NCBI GenBank assembly: GCA_000934665.2
Contig: JYFJ02001692.1
Location: 1 to 64,000 of the forward strand
Direction of reading: 5' to 3'
From: Catajapyx aquilonaris
Taxonomy: Eukaryota
DNA: 64,000 nucleotides
Part shown: piece after piece, positions 14,060-26,530 of the stretch
Numbering within the stretch: position 1 is the stretch's first letter
Layout of the letters: each line of letters opens with the position of its first letter
Made by a program: the position numbers and the translations under genes
Notes under the pieces: model-generated
What the model was told of the DNA's origin: nothing
Databases searched by the model: none
The model's input: the letters and a program-made list of their open reading frames with translations, nothing else

Positions 14060-14217
14060 TGTCCATTGTTGGCCTATGATAATCATCAAGTCCTTCAGGT
14101 GTGGTGTGCATGTCAGTATCCAGGTTCAATGGCCTTGAATCCTGATCCAGGTAAGCATCAGGAGAGGTATTCGTACCAAGGGATGGCAGTGTCTGGTAGC
14201 CAGGTTCCATTGTCAGG
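14060..14217 (-). CDS. OCIAD1: OCIAD1 exon 4 (LTMEPGYQTLPSLG...LDDYHRPTMD)
   Basis: ttttttAG acceptor and GTAAGT donor; in frame with exons 3 and 5. Confidence 0.85.
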
Positions 14218-14268
14218 CTAAAAAACGGAAAGCAAAGAATGACAGGCTAGTAATACAGTAAGTAATTT

Positions 14269-14540
14269 TGGGGGGCATGGTGGTCTAATGTCTATGCTAC
14301 TGGCCAGCCAAACGGGAGGTCCAGGGTTCAAATCCCGTCCCCATCACCTTCACTTGGTTGGGTCTTTTTCAGCTTTTCTCCTGACATGTGCGGGCAAACT
14401 TGCACTCCTTTCTCTGCCCAGGGCCAAGAGAAAAGGTCTGGTATTAAAGAGTGTCTCAAATGACTAAAAACTATTTAAGAGCATCCTCCCTTGGGAACCT
14501 CCCATTCCACCCTAAAAGGGCCCCTGGTCCTATCACAGGT
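14269..14540 (+). mobile_element. tRNA-derived SINE, family B
   Basis: GGTTCAAATCC B-box; colinear with 11155-11412. Confidence 0.75.
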
Positions 14541-15249
14541 TCATACAAAAAAAAAGAAGTTATTTTGGCAGTATGCAGGCACTAAAATGTTCTGCAGTCA
14601 TCACACTCATAACATCACACCAACACAGTGAGTCCAAACGCGAGAACACTTGGAAAAAAGCGGAAAAACCAAGTTGGCAGAGTCGTGTCAAAGGAGGGCT
14701 GTGGGGGAAAAACATGATAACTGACATTTTTGTCATTTTTTACCTAAAAACCTAGCAACTGTGTATAAGACATGACAAACAGTTTGGTATACTCCAAGTT
14801 CATGTATCATGCATGAGATGGCCACACGGACTGGATCAAAACCAGCATTCCCTATGATTTGTTAAGAAAATTCAAATTTCAATTCGCTCTCCTGAAAAAT
14901 TACTCTTTTGTCAGTTATGTTTTTTCCCCCACACCCCTCAAATCTTCCCTAATGTAAGAAAGTAATGTCTGAACAATAATAAAAAACCCTTTGGTAGGTT
15001 CAATTGAGATGCGTTTTATGCCAGGCAGGTACCCAAGTCGAGTGATAGCCGGCCTCCTTTTTGTGTCTATTCAGTTGGATTCGAATGGTCATGGAAAAAA
15101 TGTCACAGCATTTCCCAGTTCAGGCTCATCCGGATTTTAAGCCATGGATAAAATTCCTCTGGCTAAATACTTCATACTGGCATGCATCAATTTGAAGGTG
15201 ATCTTGAAAAGGAGGTGCCAGTCATCCTTTTGTTGAGGCTTCCCTTACC

Positions 15250-15575
15250 TGCATTTGTCACAACACTCCTCTCATTTTCAAGACAAAAAGTAGCAGATTT
15301 CACAAAATTTCACACCAATGACACACCAAACAAATGACTAGACTCCCCAGTTGTAGCTTCACTTCATTTCAAGTGCACATTTTCTCCAAAAGGAGCCAGC
15401 ATTTGTCATGCTACTCTGACAAAAGTTGCAATTACGTGCACCTAAAACGAATTGAATCTATAACAGGGGAGTCCAGTCATTCGTTTGGTGTGTCATTCGA
15501 AGAAAAAACTGTGAAATTCACTACTTTTTGTCTTGAAAATCAGAGGAATATCGTGATCGTCATGACAAATATGGG
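15250..15575. repeat. Degenerate long inverted repeat (old MITE); smaller hairpin MITEs also at about 16098-16246, 18066-18375 and 19931-20049
   Basis: ATTTTCAAGACAAAAAGTAG mirrored by CTACTTTTTGTCTTGAAAAT, and similar pairs. Confidence 0.55.
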
Positions 15576-16511
15576 CGGAGTGGAAGCCATTCCTGTCCAA
15601 GCATTTGGACACACTGTGCAACAGGATGATGTTGCTGGGATAGCTTTGTATCCCAGTTTTTATGAATTAATTTATTACTAAATTGGTTTCATTACACATA
15701 TTTTGGAAATTTAGAAACAACAACTGCATGTGTAATCTAGGCTGTATTACAAAGTAATGCTCAAAAACAAACCAAATTGAATTGCAACAAAGAAATTAAG
15801 AAATTGCTATGATGAAAACAAGCATGCCTTCTTACATGTCAAGTACAAAAGTTCAGTGCAAGCATGAAACTGATAGCCCACTCCCCAGTACAGATGAGGA
15901 AAATAATAACTTGGTTTAACATGTTCAATTTATTGACATTGGGAAAAAATGGAATACCCCAATAGAGCAAGGGCCGGCTTGAAAAACTGGGGGAAGTGAA
16001 ATAAAACACATCACTATTTAATACTTGTACTATATCGCTCAAAAAGATAGCTTTTGAATTGAAACGCAATGCAAAATCGTCTTTACATCGTATTTTTTAT
16101 AACTGATATCGCCCGATAGAAGTTATTTTTTTGTAGCATGTGCCCCTAACCATGTGCCCTATTCTATAGTGTGCTACAGAATGGGGCACAAGGTTATTGG
16201 CACAACAAGCTACAAAAAATAACTGCTATCAGCCAATATCAGTTATCAAGAAGCGACCCATGAACCTGGAACCATGCTATATCTACACATTAGTGTTTCG
16301 CCTTTTTAGGACATATGATTTAGCATCACATGCTCAATGTAGCATGAGACTTCACCCTTTCCTCACAAAATGTAATATTTTTACATATACAGCCATTTAG
16401 TGATATGATTGAATTGATCACTGCATTGCATGTTTGGAAGAAGAATTTGCCTAAGCATGACATAGGAGTTATTTTAGTAACTGTCAGCCCCAAAAATAGC
16501 ACAATATTTAC

Positions 16512-16695
16512 GCTTCCTGAAATCCCATTTGGCCTCGTCGCTTCCGCAACATTTCTCCCAATGGACTGTTAGGCAGTTGCATGAACTTCTCAGCACAATG
16601 CCGGGTGTATGAGAATTTCCCGATGAAATAGCCAACTGTGGCAGCTGCAAGTGCCTTCGGTGTTGAGCCCCACCGTGGACTGGGGCGGAGGTAAC
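16512..16695 (-). CDS. OCIAD1: OCIAD1 exon 3 (YLRPSPRWGSTPKALAAATVGYFIGKFSYTRHCAEKFMQLPNSPLGEMLRKRR...)
   Basis: Hand translation gives the OCIA core (G..PK...GYF.GK.SY...C.EKF..L.NSPLG); phases 1 and 2 fit the neighbours; absent from the ORF track because it has no start codon. Confidence 0.92.
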
Positions 16696-17098
16696 CTAAA
16701 AATAGAATATCAATAATAAGAATTACTGCATTAATGTATTTTTTCCTGAACAGACCACAGTACCCCTTTTATTGCTCATGTTTCTCAATTAAACATTGCA
16801 GGATCATGCGAGACTTCTGCTTCATAGGTAGACTCTCAGGCGTGTTTCATTACAACCCTCCCATTTCCTCCTACATAATGAGCCTGTAATAATAATTAAT
16901 TTTTTAATAATTGTTTGGGTAATGCTTTCACCCTATCAGGGTTTATCACATGGACCTTTATTTGTTGTATACATTGGAGCCTTTATACGTATCGCCCGGG
17001 CCCACGGGCAGGATGAGCCTGTAAACCATAATGAGGACAAAATAACAATTTCAATGAGTATGATCAGAATTATGTTAATGAATTCTTTTTGTTACTGT

Positions 17099-17101
<3 letters not shown>

Positions 17102-17136
<35 letters not shown>
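17102..17136. repeat. (AG)n microsatellite
   Basis: Direct observation. Confidence 0.95.
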
Positions 17137-17138
<2 letters not shown>

Positions 17139-18849
17139 AAAGATACTAAGTAATGCGTGAGCATGGTGCTACAGGGAGGCTGCCCAGAATGTGTCCAGAA
17201 AACCAATATTGGCGGGGGGGGGGGGNGGAAGAGAGAAAGGAAATTGAACCCCCAAACAACTGTGGACTGAAATACATCGCATTTATTTTGCCAATGTAAA
17301 TCCAAAATGCATGTTTCCTGTATTAATTTTTGGAAAGGACTCAAGGGCGTTTTTGCGATGGAGCGGACATGAAGCGACAATTACTCTTTCCATAGAATCT
17401 CGTGTTTCATCACACCAATCGGATGCTCAACATCTCTACTAAGCAATGCTAACCTTAAAATTGCCCAGTGTTGGTGTTCTTTGGAACCAACTGCTCAGAC
17501 TTTCAACTGTGCGAGCCAACGGCCTTCAGTGTCTGGGGACACGCGCTGCATTTGGCGCGCTCTGTGAGCATTGCATTCATTCTGTCACTTCTCAAGCATG
17601 TCTGTTGGATGCAGCTTGATGTACTCTTTCAATTGATCAATTGATGTGTGTAAATTGTCGGGGGGAGGGGGGGGGGGGGNGGAATCTCTGTATGAGTCAT
17701 TTTCGGTAACGAACCTGAGACATCTGCAAGTGTTGGTTTGTTACCAAAAATATCAAAAAATTCCTGATGATGCAACCCAGTGCAGAAATCCATGTCCTAA
17801 AAACGTTGGTCCATTACCGTGTTTGTTTTCGCTCCTGTGGCGCTATCGAATGATACATTTCTGTTGGAATGATGGCAAAATTCAGTACTCTCAACATGGA
17901 ACTCGATGGAAACAAAATAATCCTCACGTTTTCCACAAGCATGGCAAATCACAATGAAAGTCACAAAGATTAGTCCGACAGTTGGTTAGTTATCTGCAAA
18001 AATGCCCCCAACCAACTCTCCAATACAGCATATTACTTAAGCAAACATGGAGGTCTGCTATGTGACAGGATCAGCCCCCTGTCACTCCTACAATACGGTA
18101 GTTTAATATAAAAGTCTCCGCCACACCTGGAATTTGGTGCTGGTGCCCCCACAGGAATCTATCGGTGGCAGCTACCCGAATCCTAATCTGCAAATGCCCT
18201 CCAAGGAAAGGACGGTTTGGGTTGGTTCCAAAGGTGGCCAACCGGAACCGACTCCCCCAGTAGATTCCTGTGGGGACGCACAAGAGCCAAATTCCCCGCA
18301 TGACGGAGACTTTTATATCAAACTACCGTCAACACAGGGCTAGGCAGGAAGAAACAGGGGGCTGGACAGGATCCTGTGCCCCAAAACAAACATCATTTCA
18401 CGTAATATTTTATTATTGGAGTTTTCTGTACCATCAGAATAGTAGTTTGAAGCTGTGCCTTGGGCATATCACAAATAGAAATCAAAGCAAAATACATCAG
18501 ACCATAATTATGTAACTTGTGGGATAAGTTAATTTACAAAATCCTTTTCCTCCTCCATTTCACCACAAATGCATGCAATGCATCTTGCTTTTCACAGACA
18601 ACATTGAAAAAACCCATAATTATATCTGTACTGACAGTGAGTAGATATGGCATTCATGTTTAAGCATTTTTGGGTCCTTTTAGTTATCGGAACTCTGAAC
18701 TTATGCCTGAAGTTGTTATTTGTGTGTAGCTTATTGCACCTGATTGAGGTGTCAAATTATTCACAGGTGTGGTCGAATATAACAGCTGGTGTTATAATGA
18801 GAACCTGACACACAACACTTGAAATTAATCTGATTAATAACTGTTGTAC

Positions 18850-18988
18850 CTGCTTTTACACCATAGTGCACACCAAAGGTCATCAGCGTTGCAATTGGAA
18901 GTGACCGAAAGAAGAAGCTCTCCCTGTTGCATTCACGCAGTGCCTTGTTTTCCTCTGCAGTAAACCTGTAATGCTGTAATGCCATTTG
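18850..18988 (-). CDS. OCIAD1: OCIAD1 exon 2 (QMALQHYRFTAEENKALRECNRESFFFRSLP...VKAG)
   Basis: OCIA-domain N-terminal motif EE.K.LREC..ESFF.RSLP; tttAG acceptor and GTAC donor. Confidence 0.92.
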
Positions 18989-19182
18989 CTAAAGATGTCA
19001 GGGTGATCCACAATTTTCTATTTCCTAGTGTAATCATGGGCATGATTCAATTAGGAATAGAATTAAGTCATCCACACTAATGAATTGAAAAGTTGATTGT
19101 GCAGAAGTACTGACCAACAAATACAGAAAAAATGAGTATCACAATGAAAAACACTTGTGCGACATCTGCTGCTGATTATTAA

Positions 19183-19921
19183 CCCCTTCACTACCAGATA
19201 GGCCCGAACCACATTGATTTTGGCTTACGTGTACCCCGAAGATACTGACAAGATATTTTACAAATAATAACAGCTACACTTACCCATTCAGGGAAAACAC
19301 TATGAATATGTCTGGGATAATCTTACTCATCTAGAAGTTCCTAAATTCATTTCCAAAAAAAGGCTATAAAAACTGGAAATAGGGAGTACTGCCGACCAAG
19401 TGTTAGGCTGATTTAATTATGAAGTGCATGAAAATATGCTGAATAACAACGTTGAGAACTATGCCAGACGAATTTGCTGAAATCGCCGTACTTTGCAATA
19501 AATAGATTAATACTTATTTGGGCTTTCTGGCACTTCGGGACACTCCCAAATTTATTTTGCTTTTCTGAAGTGCCAAAAAGCCGCAAATAAGTATTAATTT
19601 ATTTCTCGCGAAGTACGACTATTTCAGCAAATTCGTCAGGCATGGTTCTCAAGGTTGTTATTCCACATATTTTCACGCATTTCATTATTAAATCAGCCTA
19701 ACAGTTGGTTGGCAGTACTCCCAATTTCCAGTTTTTATAGCCTTTTTTTGGAAATTAATTTAGGGACTTCTAGACGAGTAAAATTGTTCCAGACACATTC
19801 ATAGTGTGTGCTCTGAATGGGTAAGTGTAGCTGTTATTATTTGTATAATATCTTGTCTGTATCTTCGGAGTACACGTAAGCCAAAATATACATGGTTCTG
19901 GCCTATCTGGTAGCGAAGGGG
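19183..19921. mobile_element. piggyBac-like foldback MITE
   Basis: TTAA|CCCCTT...AAGGGG|TTAA; the two halves are inverted copies over almost the whole length. Confidence 0.85.
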
Positions 19922-20261
19922 TTAAGGAGTACAGCGCTGGACATATTAGCAGTCCCTAGATGTTTACTAAGTTGCCAGGTACACCTAACGCCAGCACTGC
20001 CAATGCCAAAAAATAAACATTTAGGGACTGCTAATATGTCCAGCACTGTGCCACTGATGCATTTTTAGGGAGCAACAACCAACTGGATGTGTAATATTTA
20101 TAGTGTGATATAGTGCATATTAGTAGTCCGACATATTTGTATATTATGCCTGATAATTCTCAGGACTCCGGAATTAGCTACCAGAGTGCAACTAAAGTTC
20201 AAGGGAATGGTAGCAATCGCATACTTTGTAACCGAGTGCCACATGTCATTGGATATTTTAC

Positions 20262-20345
20262 CTCCGGGGGCATGCGTTGTTGATGTTGTTGCTCCCCGGG
20301 GCCACCCTGGGCCTGTTGATCCCTTGGCGCTTGTTGATCACTCAT
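20262..20345 (-). CDS. OCIAD1: OCIA domain-containing protein 1 (asrij), coding exon 1 (MSDQQAPRDQQ...MPPE)
   Basis: ATG at 20345, Gln-rich N-terminus, GAG|GTAAAA donor; phase 0 matches the next exon. Confidence 0.7.
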
Positions 20346-21434
20346 ACTGAAACCAAAATATCTAAATGCGAATTACGCCAGATCAGGTGCCGAAGCGCGA
20401 TGATGATGTGATCACAAGAGCGTCGCCATCTTTGAAATTGCTTTGCTACGTTGCCAGTTTCAATAACATGGATTTAAACACTATACTTTTAACAAATAAA
20501 CTTCCATTTTCAATTCACCATTTCCATATTAGAACATATAAAATATTATATTTATTAATAAATTTATATTAAAGAATATCTGCAAGCTGTTCATGTTCGG
20601 ATTCGCGCCATGAACCCGGACTTTTCAAACTCGAAGAACTGAATTCATCAATGTTCGGTCCATCACCCAAGGCTTATGAAGTAAATGCTGTCGCGCAGTA
20701 TACTTTTCAACAATTTGTGTCCAATCCCTCAGTCTTGATACGCCGCAGGCAGGATATCGATTGTTGTGTATCGAGACCTCAAGAATGCTACTCTCTGCCT
20801 AATCGCATTGAACCACCACAAAAGTGCATCAAGCAATAATGAAAATGGACCCTAGTAATCGCGAACATGTACATCGCGTGTTGGACATGCATTGTGTTGA
20901 ACAACGCAACATCCTTATCAAATATACCGGTACAAAAGTGGCCCGTGCTGCCCCCTCTTCCTCCCAATTTCCGGGGTTGGAAGAACCATATATCCGGGCT
21001 TGGAAATACGTCCTACTCTATTCCCGCCCTGTGATTGGCCAGCGGTACATAATTGACACGGTGTACTGAAAAAAAGAGGCTTGCAAGGGGGCGCGGTCGA
21101 GGGTACCAGTCTGCCAGACACAGTGCGCATTCTCTGGGGCTCATTCGAGTCGACTCAGCGGACCAATCCGGTTTCATTTTCTGGCGGCTTCCTTGGTTGT
21201 ATTGATCATCGAGCATCCCCATTGTTAGAACTACGCTGCTTGACTTCGGCTTCGGTACAGCCTGTAATTGCTCTCGCCTTTGAAAGTACAGTACTATTCC
21301 TTGAGAAAAAAAACAAAACCCGCGGGGGTTTCAAGTTTGGTCTGAAACCGGTTCTTTTGAGTGCTGGGGTTCTTTTGAGGGAAGTTTTTTTTTCTTTCGT
21401 TGGTGTGGGCGCGTCGAACCCGTAACCTTCGAAG
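20346..21434. promoter_or_regulatory. Putative bidirectional promoter and 5' UTR region between OCIAD1 and SLC6
   Basis: Divergent start codons about 1.1 kb apart; YY1-like CGCCATCTTTG near 20424-20434; CCAAT boxes at about 21034 (reverse) and 21163; CpG-rich and free of recognisable repeats. Confidence 0.5.
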
Positions 21435-21476
21435 ATGGTCATCAAGGAGTCGTGTCAGAAGAAGCTGGCCTGCAAG
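21435..21476 (+). CDS. Probable first coding exon of the SLC6 transporter (MVIKESCQKKLACK)
   Basis: AAGATGG start context; strong AAG|GTAGGT donor; phase 0 as required by the Met-less next exon; lies just downstream of a CCAAT-containing region. Confidence 0.55.
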
Positions 21477-23149
21477 GTAGGTCATAGCCCTTTTGAGAAG
21501 TTCATACAGTGTAATATATTAGTCAGGTTTTAAATGCATTATTTTTTTTATTGCTCAGTTTTAGTGTTTACCATTCATGGTGTCAATGGCCGTCGGTGTA
21601 GCAGTGAACAGATCAATGACTTTTATTTAAGCAGATTGTGGTAGAAAACAACTTATTGTTGCGATTTACATTTTGGCGGTCAGCGATAGGCGAAATGTTC
21701 GTCAATGGCACGGTATCGCGCAAATGCGTTTGTTTATGTGTATGAGATGAAAATATCGTGAATATGGAAATTTTACACTAGCCCCGCGATCCTCAGGCGA
21801 TAGGCAACTATAATCTACGTAGGAAGTCCATTGATATCAATATTGGCAACATCCTTATTGATCGTGCCCAACAGGTCTGTAATCAATACGGGCAGTACTA
21901 TCCCGTGACAGAACAAAGTAATGATGCGTATTGTCAACTCTCCATTGAATATTTCATACACCATCCATTGATAAATTTTCAAAGGGGGAAAAAAAAATCT
22001 AAAGGATGTTATTATTTTCCAGAGATCGCGTTTTTTCCCACACAAAAAGGTTGTGTTGACATTCCCATGAGTCAACATATGGAAAGGTGCGATGGAAAGA
22101 AAGGTTATAATGGAGGACTAACGGAGTGATAACCGTTAGTCGGGATGTATAAACAGCTGGGGTTTCGCTCTGAGGTCAAGCATATCGATAATACGGTGCA
22201 GCTCTTGCGCAATAGAGAAATAATATTGCACACCGAATTTGCAATAATAAATGTCGCAATTGGCCATAACGCAACAAAGTCACGGGTAGGTGTGAATATC
22301 CTCATCTTAATCCAAAATGAATCAACTTAAAAAAAAACACAGATAACACCGATTACTGTATTTACCAATCCGAAACGTCACCAAAAATCGACGATATTCG
22401 ATATGTGGAGTCTTGCAGTCGCCCCCCCCCCCCCCTAANTAACTCATGACTAAGGCGGGGTAAGTCCCACGTCAATGCCAAGGTTAGAACAGGAAGTCGA
22501 TCATGTCATACCTAAACGTCCCCCACTCTCAAAGAAATATCCAGACCAATGTTGAGTCTGTCCTAAGTTGTTATCTGATGTCTCGTGTATTGTTCAGCAG
22601 AAATGCGGAGGAGCTGGGAGAGTATCGTGTTACCATGGCAGCCTGAGTGCCTGCCAGCCTGGCTCTAATTACACGCTCATGGGGGGCTAAATAAATGGCC
22701 GGAAATAGCTGCTGATAGTGCTTGCCCAACTTGATGACGTAGGTGAAACCTGACCTAAGTGTATATGTGGGTGTCTCATGTAGGCGCGTCTTAATGGGAG
22801 TAGGGGTTGGTGGATGTTGCAATGGTATGAATTAACCATTTTATGGGGATTGCGCAGTCTAGGACTGTTGTATCAATAATTACGCAGAAAAGGATCGCTC
22901 GATTGTTCGGTTGTCAAGGACGGCGTTTGTTGATCTATCATCATTTAATATGAATTAACTCCTGGTCTGCTTCCAGAGGTTTAGTCACGAGTACGCAAAT
23001 CAATACGCACGTTATCTACTACGTACTGAGGTTAACGCCTGTTATCACGAACCGCTAACGTATTACCATATCGGAAAAACCGGCTCGGCTGTAGCTTTAT
23101 TTTTTCACGAGAAAGTAAACCATGCTTGCCAATATATAGTACTGTAATA

Positions 23150-23429
23150 CTAGCAGGGGACCCGTTCTTTGCACTGTGATTGATAAATAAAATAAATATG
23201 TGACACAATTATTGCAGCAGATGAGACACCAAACAAAAAATTCTCAATTTTGGGTACAGTATTTATACTCGAAAAAGTTAAAGTTTTTGGACTTTTCCCT
23301 AAATCAGTGGCACGTAAGATGTCAGTGTGCCCAGTTTCAGCACTCTCAGTAGTCCGGAAGTGGGTTAGGTCACATCCGTGACATACATAAATACCAACAA
23401 ACGTTTTGATTTATATACCATATGTAAGA
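23150..23429 (-). mobile_element. Non-autonomous Helitron
   Basis: On the minus strand: A^TC start and CTAG^T end with a degenerate subterminal hairpin; a similar end occurs at 60052. Confidence 0.6.
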
Positions 23430-23534
23430 TGAAACAGGAACAAAAAAAACGAGGTAGCTATGATAATTTGCATACTTATCAGGTACGCGACCGCATATGG
23501 AGGTCATGTCATTCGCTGAAAAGGAGAGCATATA

Positions 23535-23657
23535 CAGGGTGTCTCAACTTTTTTGTCCGATCAGTTATCGGAAAAAGCCTATGTATCTTCAACTAGTACA
23601 TTGCTAGAAGATACGTAGGCTTTTCGGACTTTCGGACAAAAAAGTTGAGGCACCCTG
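23535..23657. mobile_element. Tc1/mariner-type MITE
   Basis: TA|CAGGGTGTCTCAACTTTTTTGTCCGA ... TCGGACAAAAAAGTTGAGGCACCCTG|TA. Confidence 0.85.
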
Positions 23658-24158
23658 TATACTGTAGCTTTACACGTGTTAAATCTTTATCGTAGGTAGG
23701 TAAAATAGCAAGGTAATAGGTATTGAAATTAATAACTGTAGTGCAATATGTGGAGTGATGTAAGCCACTACGGAGCATTTGCATCAGGAAGTATTGTATT
23801 CCCTGTCAGGTCCTAATTACGATACGTGCCACGTGCTATTCTCCCCATTGACAATACAATCAAGGGGAAATAGCGGCACATCACGCAAATTCCGTGCCTG
23901 ATAGTAATCAGTCAGGTAGAGTATACGATAGAAGGTGCAAAGAGTCGTTTTCAAAGTTCACCTCATCGTTGCACACGTTTATGTGTCAATGACTCAATGT
24001 TATATATACATTTTGACGTCAACGAAGCACCACAACGTGTACTAACTATGGCATAGCCGGATGTTTCGAAATCTCGAGCGATAGCGTCTCGGATACGTAT
24101 TGAATCCGATTGAATCATACGCGCCAAATAATTGTTTTTTTTGTTGGTTTTGTTGTTG

Positions 24159-24544
24159 TACCCCGTGCTAGGGCCCTAGGCCCTCTTAGGGGAGTGGAAT
24201 ACCACAATCCGGTGCAGGGGACAGGATAGGGATAATGAGGGGGGACTGGGGCAGGTGCAATCTCTCAAGTTGGGGGTCGTGTGCATCAGTCCCTCAGGGG
24301 ATGACCCCCTAGATGCGGATCAGAAACCTCCCACCGACACCGCACCTCCTCATGGACGGGACAAGGATAGGAAAGGAAGGAAGCGGCTGTGGCCTATTAT
24401 TTAGGAAGCAATCCCGGAATTCTCCTGGGGGGACCGTGGGAAACCACAGAAAACCACGGTTAGGATTGCCCACCCCGGGACTCGAACCCAGGACCTCCCG
24501 ATTAGCCGTCGAACACCTTATCTACTCCACCAAACTGCTTCGGT
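24159..24544 (-). mobile_element. tRNA-derived SINE, family A
   Basis: A-box, GGTTCGAGTCC B-box, conserved body GGTTTTCTGTGGTTTCC...TAGGCCACAGCCGCTTCCTTCC, shared tail. Confidence 0.85.
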
Positions 24545-24957
24545 TAAATAATAGTATTGTACAGTACATCATATCAATACATGCTGATATGTCACCCCCA
24601 AAATATGCGCAGATATCACGACCGTTGCATAACTTCGCTCCCAGACACGAATCTTTCCGAAATCTTACAGAAAAGGCTTGAATATCGAGATCAATGCGAA
24701 CCAGAAAAGAGCCTTGACGTCAGGAAGTTCCTCTATGCAAAACTTCCTATAAGCTAGAAAATGGACCGGTTATATAACCGCAGGCAGAAAAGCGACGAAA
24801 GTAACGAGCCCACACACGCTGGAGGCTGACAAGTTCTAATTAGCAACTCTGATTTCATTTAGATCTAGCAAAGAGTACTATAATAGAGTGCTCCCGTAAT
24901 GTGATTACATGGATGGAAAATTGATATTGAGTTGGTACCATTTGATTTGTTCTCTAG

Positions 24958-25190
24958 GCCCAGCAACTTCTTCCTGAGCATTCGTCTCACCATCTGCATT
25001 GTTGCGGAAACCCTGAAGAAGAAGAAGATGACGATAAGTCAACTCTGAATTTGTCTGAGGACAGGAATCTTCGAGGACATGACTTTGAGTCAGGACAGAA
25101 ACATAAGAAGGACAGGGGGAATTGGGCTGGAAAACTGGACTTCTTTTTGTCCTGCGTCGGATACGCTGTCGGCCTTGGAAACATTTGGAG
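24958..25190 (+). CDS. SLC6 Na+/Cl--dependent amino-acid (glycine-like) transporter, exon 2 (...[27 protein letters not shown])
   Basis: SNF-family TM1 signature; ctctAG acceptor and GTAAGG donor. Confidence 0.92.
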
Positions 25191-26366
25191 GTAAGGGACT
25201 TCCATCTTCTCAACCCAAGTCGGAGGGAAGAAAAATATTTAGATATTCAACAACAAAATTCCAGCTAAAATTCCGGCCACTTTTGCTTACAAATAATTGA
25301 GCTTCTTGGGCAAAATAAGTGGATGTGTGGTCATATAGCCCTGTACGGTTTCAAGGGGATGAACCTTAAATATTGCAAAACCGGGTTGAAAACAGAACTT
25401 CAGACCCTCGCGGATTGCAATGCCAGGTTGTGGAATGTCGAAATGCCTCCCGATTAGTGCTGTCCATATTTGGCCAGATAGTTGCGGACACTACAAAAGG
25501 CTTGCACCATTTTTCTGCATTCCAGCTGGACACTAGTCACAATGACCTCTGTCAAAATGAAATATTAATATTTTAAATTCTTTTTGTAGTCGAGATAAAG
25601 AGTGAATAATGCATTCCACTGGTTAAGATTCCATTGTTCTGACCCACAATGAGCAATAAGGGTCAAGTCCGTCAAAAAGTTCATATAGGCCTAATGTTCA
25701 ATTTGTAGTCGTTGAACTTTGACCCGTAGTGTCTAGAAGCTTTTTTGAGTAAAAGTGTGACTTGTGCCACCAGTTACGAGGGTCATAACATGGGGGATGC
25801 TTTACCCCATCACAGTTGCCATGGAAACTCACACCTACACCTCCGCCCACCACCTCCAGAAAAGGTCAATACCATACAGCCAATTTTATCGATTTGATGT
25901 CTCATTGCCTGAACCTTCCATTATGTCAGGCTGATTAGTGTAGTATGTTAACGTCTTTTTCCTTTTTTTCCCCACGCATACATCTAAGTCCATGCTCTCA
26001 CATGGTGTTCTTTTCCGGACTGATAGGTCCGAAAGGAATGCTCTTAAGATGTGTGACCCTGACCTGCGCCGGCATTCTTGGCCGGCTTAAAACGAGGTTT
26101 CTGTGTAAGCCGGCTGCCTGTCAACTGTACAATAACCCACCATTTTTCTATTTTTTTTAATGAAAAAAAATATGGCATGTCTAGAAAATGGCCTTGTCGT
26201 GTTGAAAACCACTTTTCTAATCAGCTTTTCACGTCTGTTCTTTTGTTACACCGGAATATGTACAGTACTGCCAGGAACGAACAGCTCTACACGAATCAAT
26301 TTTTGTGTGGATAAAATGGTACCCAAACGTAATCTTTTTTAAAAAATCTCCATTTTTGAATTCCAG

Positions 26367-26530
26367 ATTTCCGTATCTCTGCTACCGAAATGGCGGAGGC
26401 GCATTCCTGATACCGTACTTCCTGTTCCTGATACTCTGTGGGATGCCACTCTTTATGTTGGAAATCTCATTCGGACAGTTTGCCAACCTGGGACCCATCT
26501 CCATCTGGAAGATCTCCCCTCTCTTCAAGG
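26367..26530 (+). CDS. SLC6 exon 3 ([17 protein letters not shown]...ISPLFKG)
   Basis: SNF signature [15 protein letters not shown]; canonical splice sites. Confidence 0.95.

Noticed and set aside
17764..17800. Hammerhead-like CTGATGA-TGCA-loop-TGCA-GAAA
   Set aside because: Stems I and III cannot be formed convincingly from the flanking sequence
23429..23482. Alternative SLC6 first exon MKQEQKKRGSYDNLHTYQ|GT (phase 0)
   Set aside because: The ATG is formed at a Helitron junction and there is no promoter-like context; 21435-21476 has a better donor. Not fully excluded.
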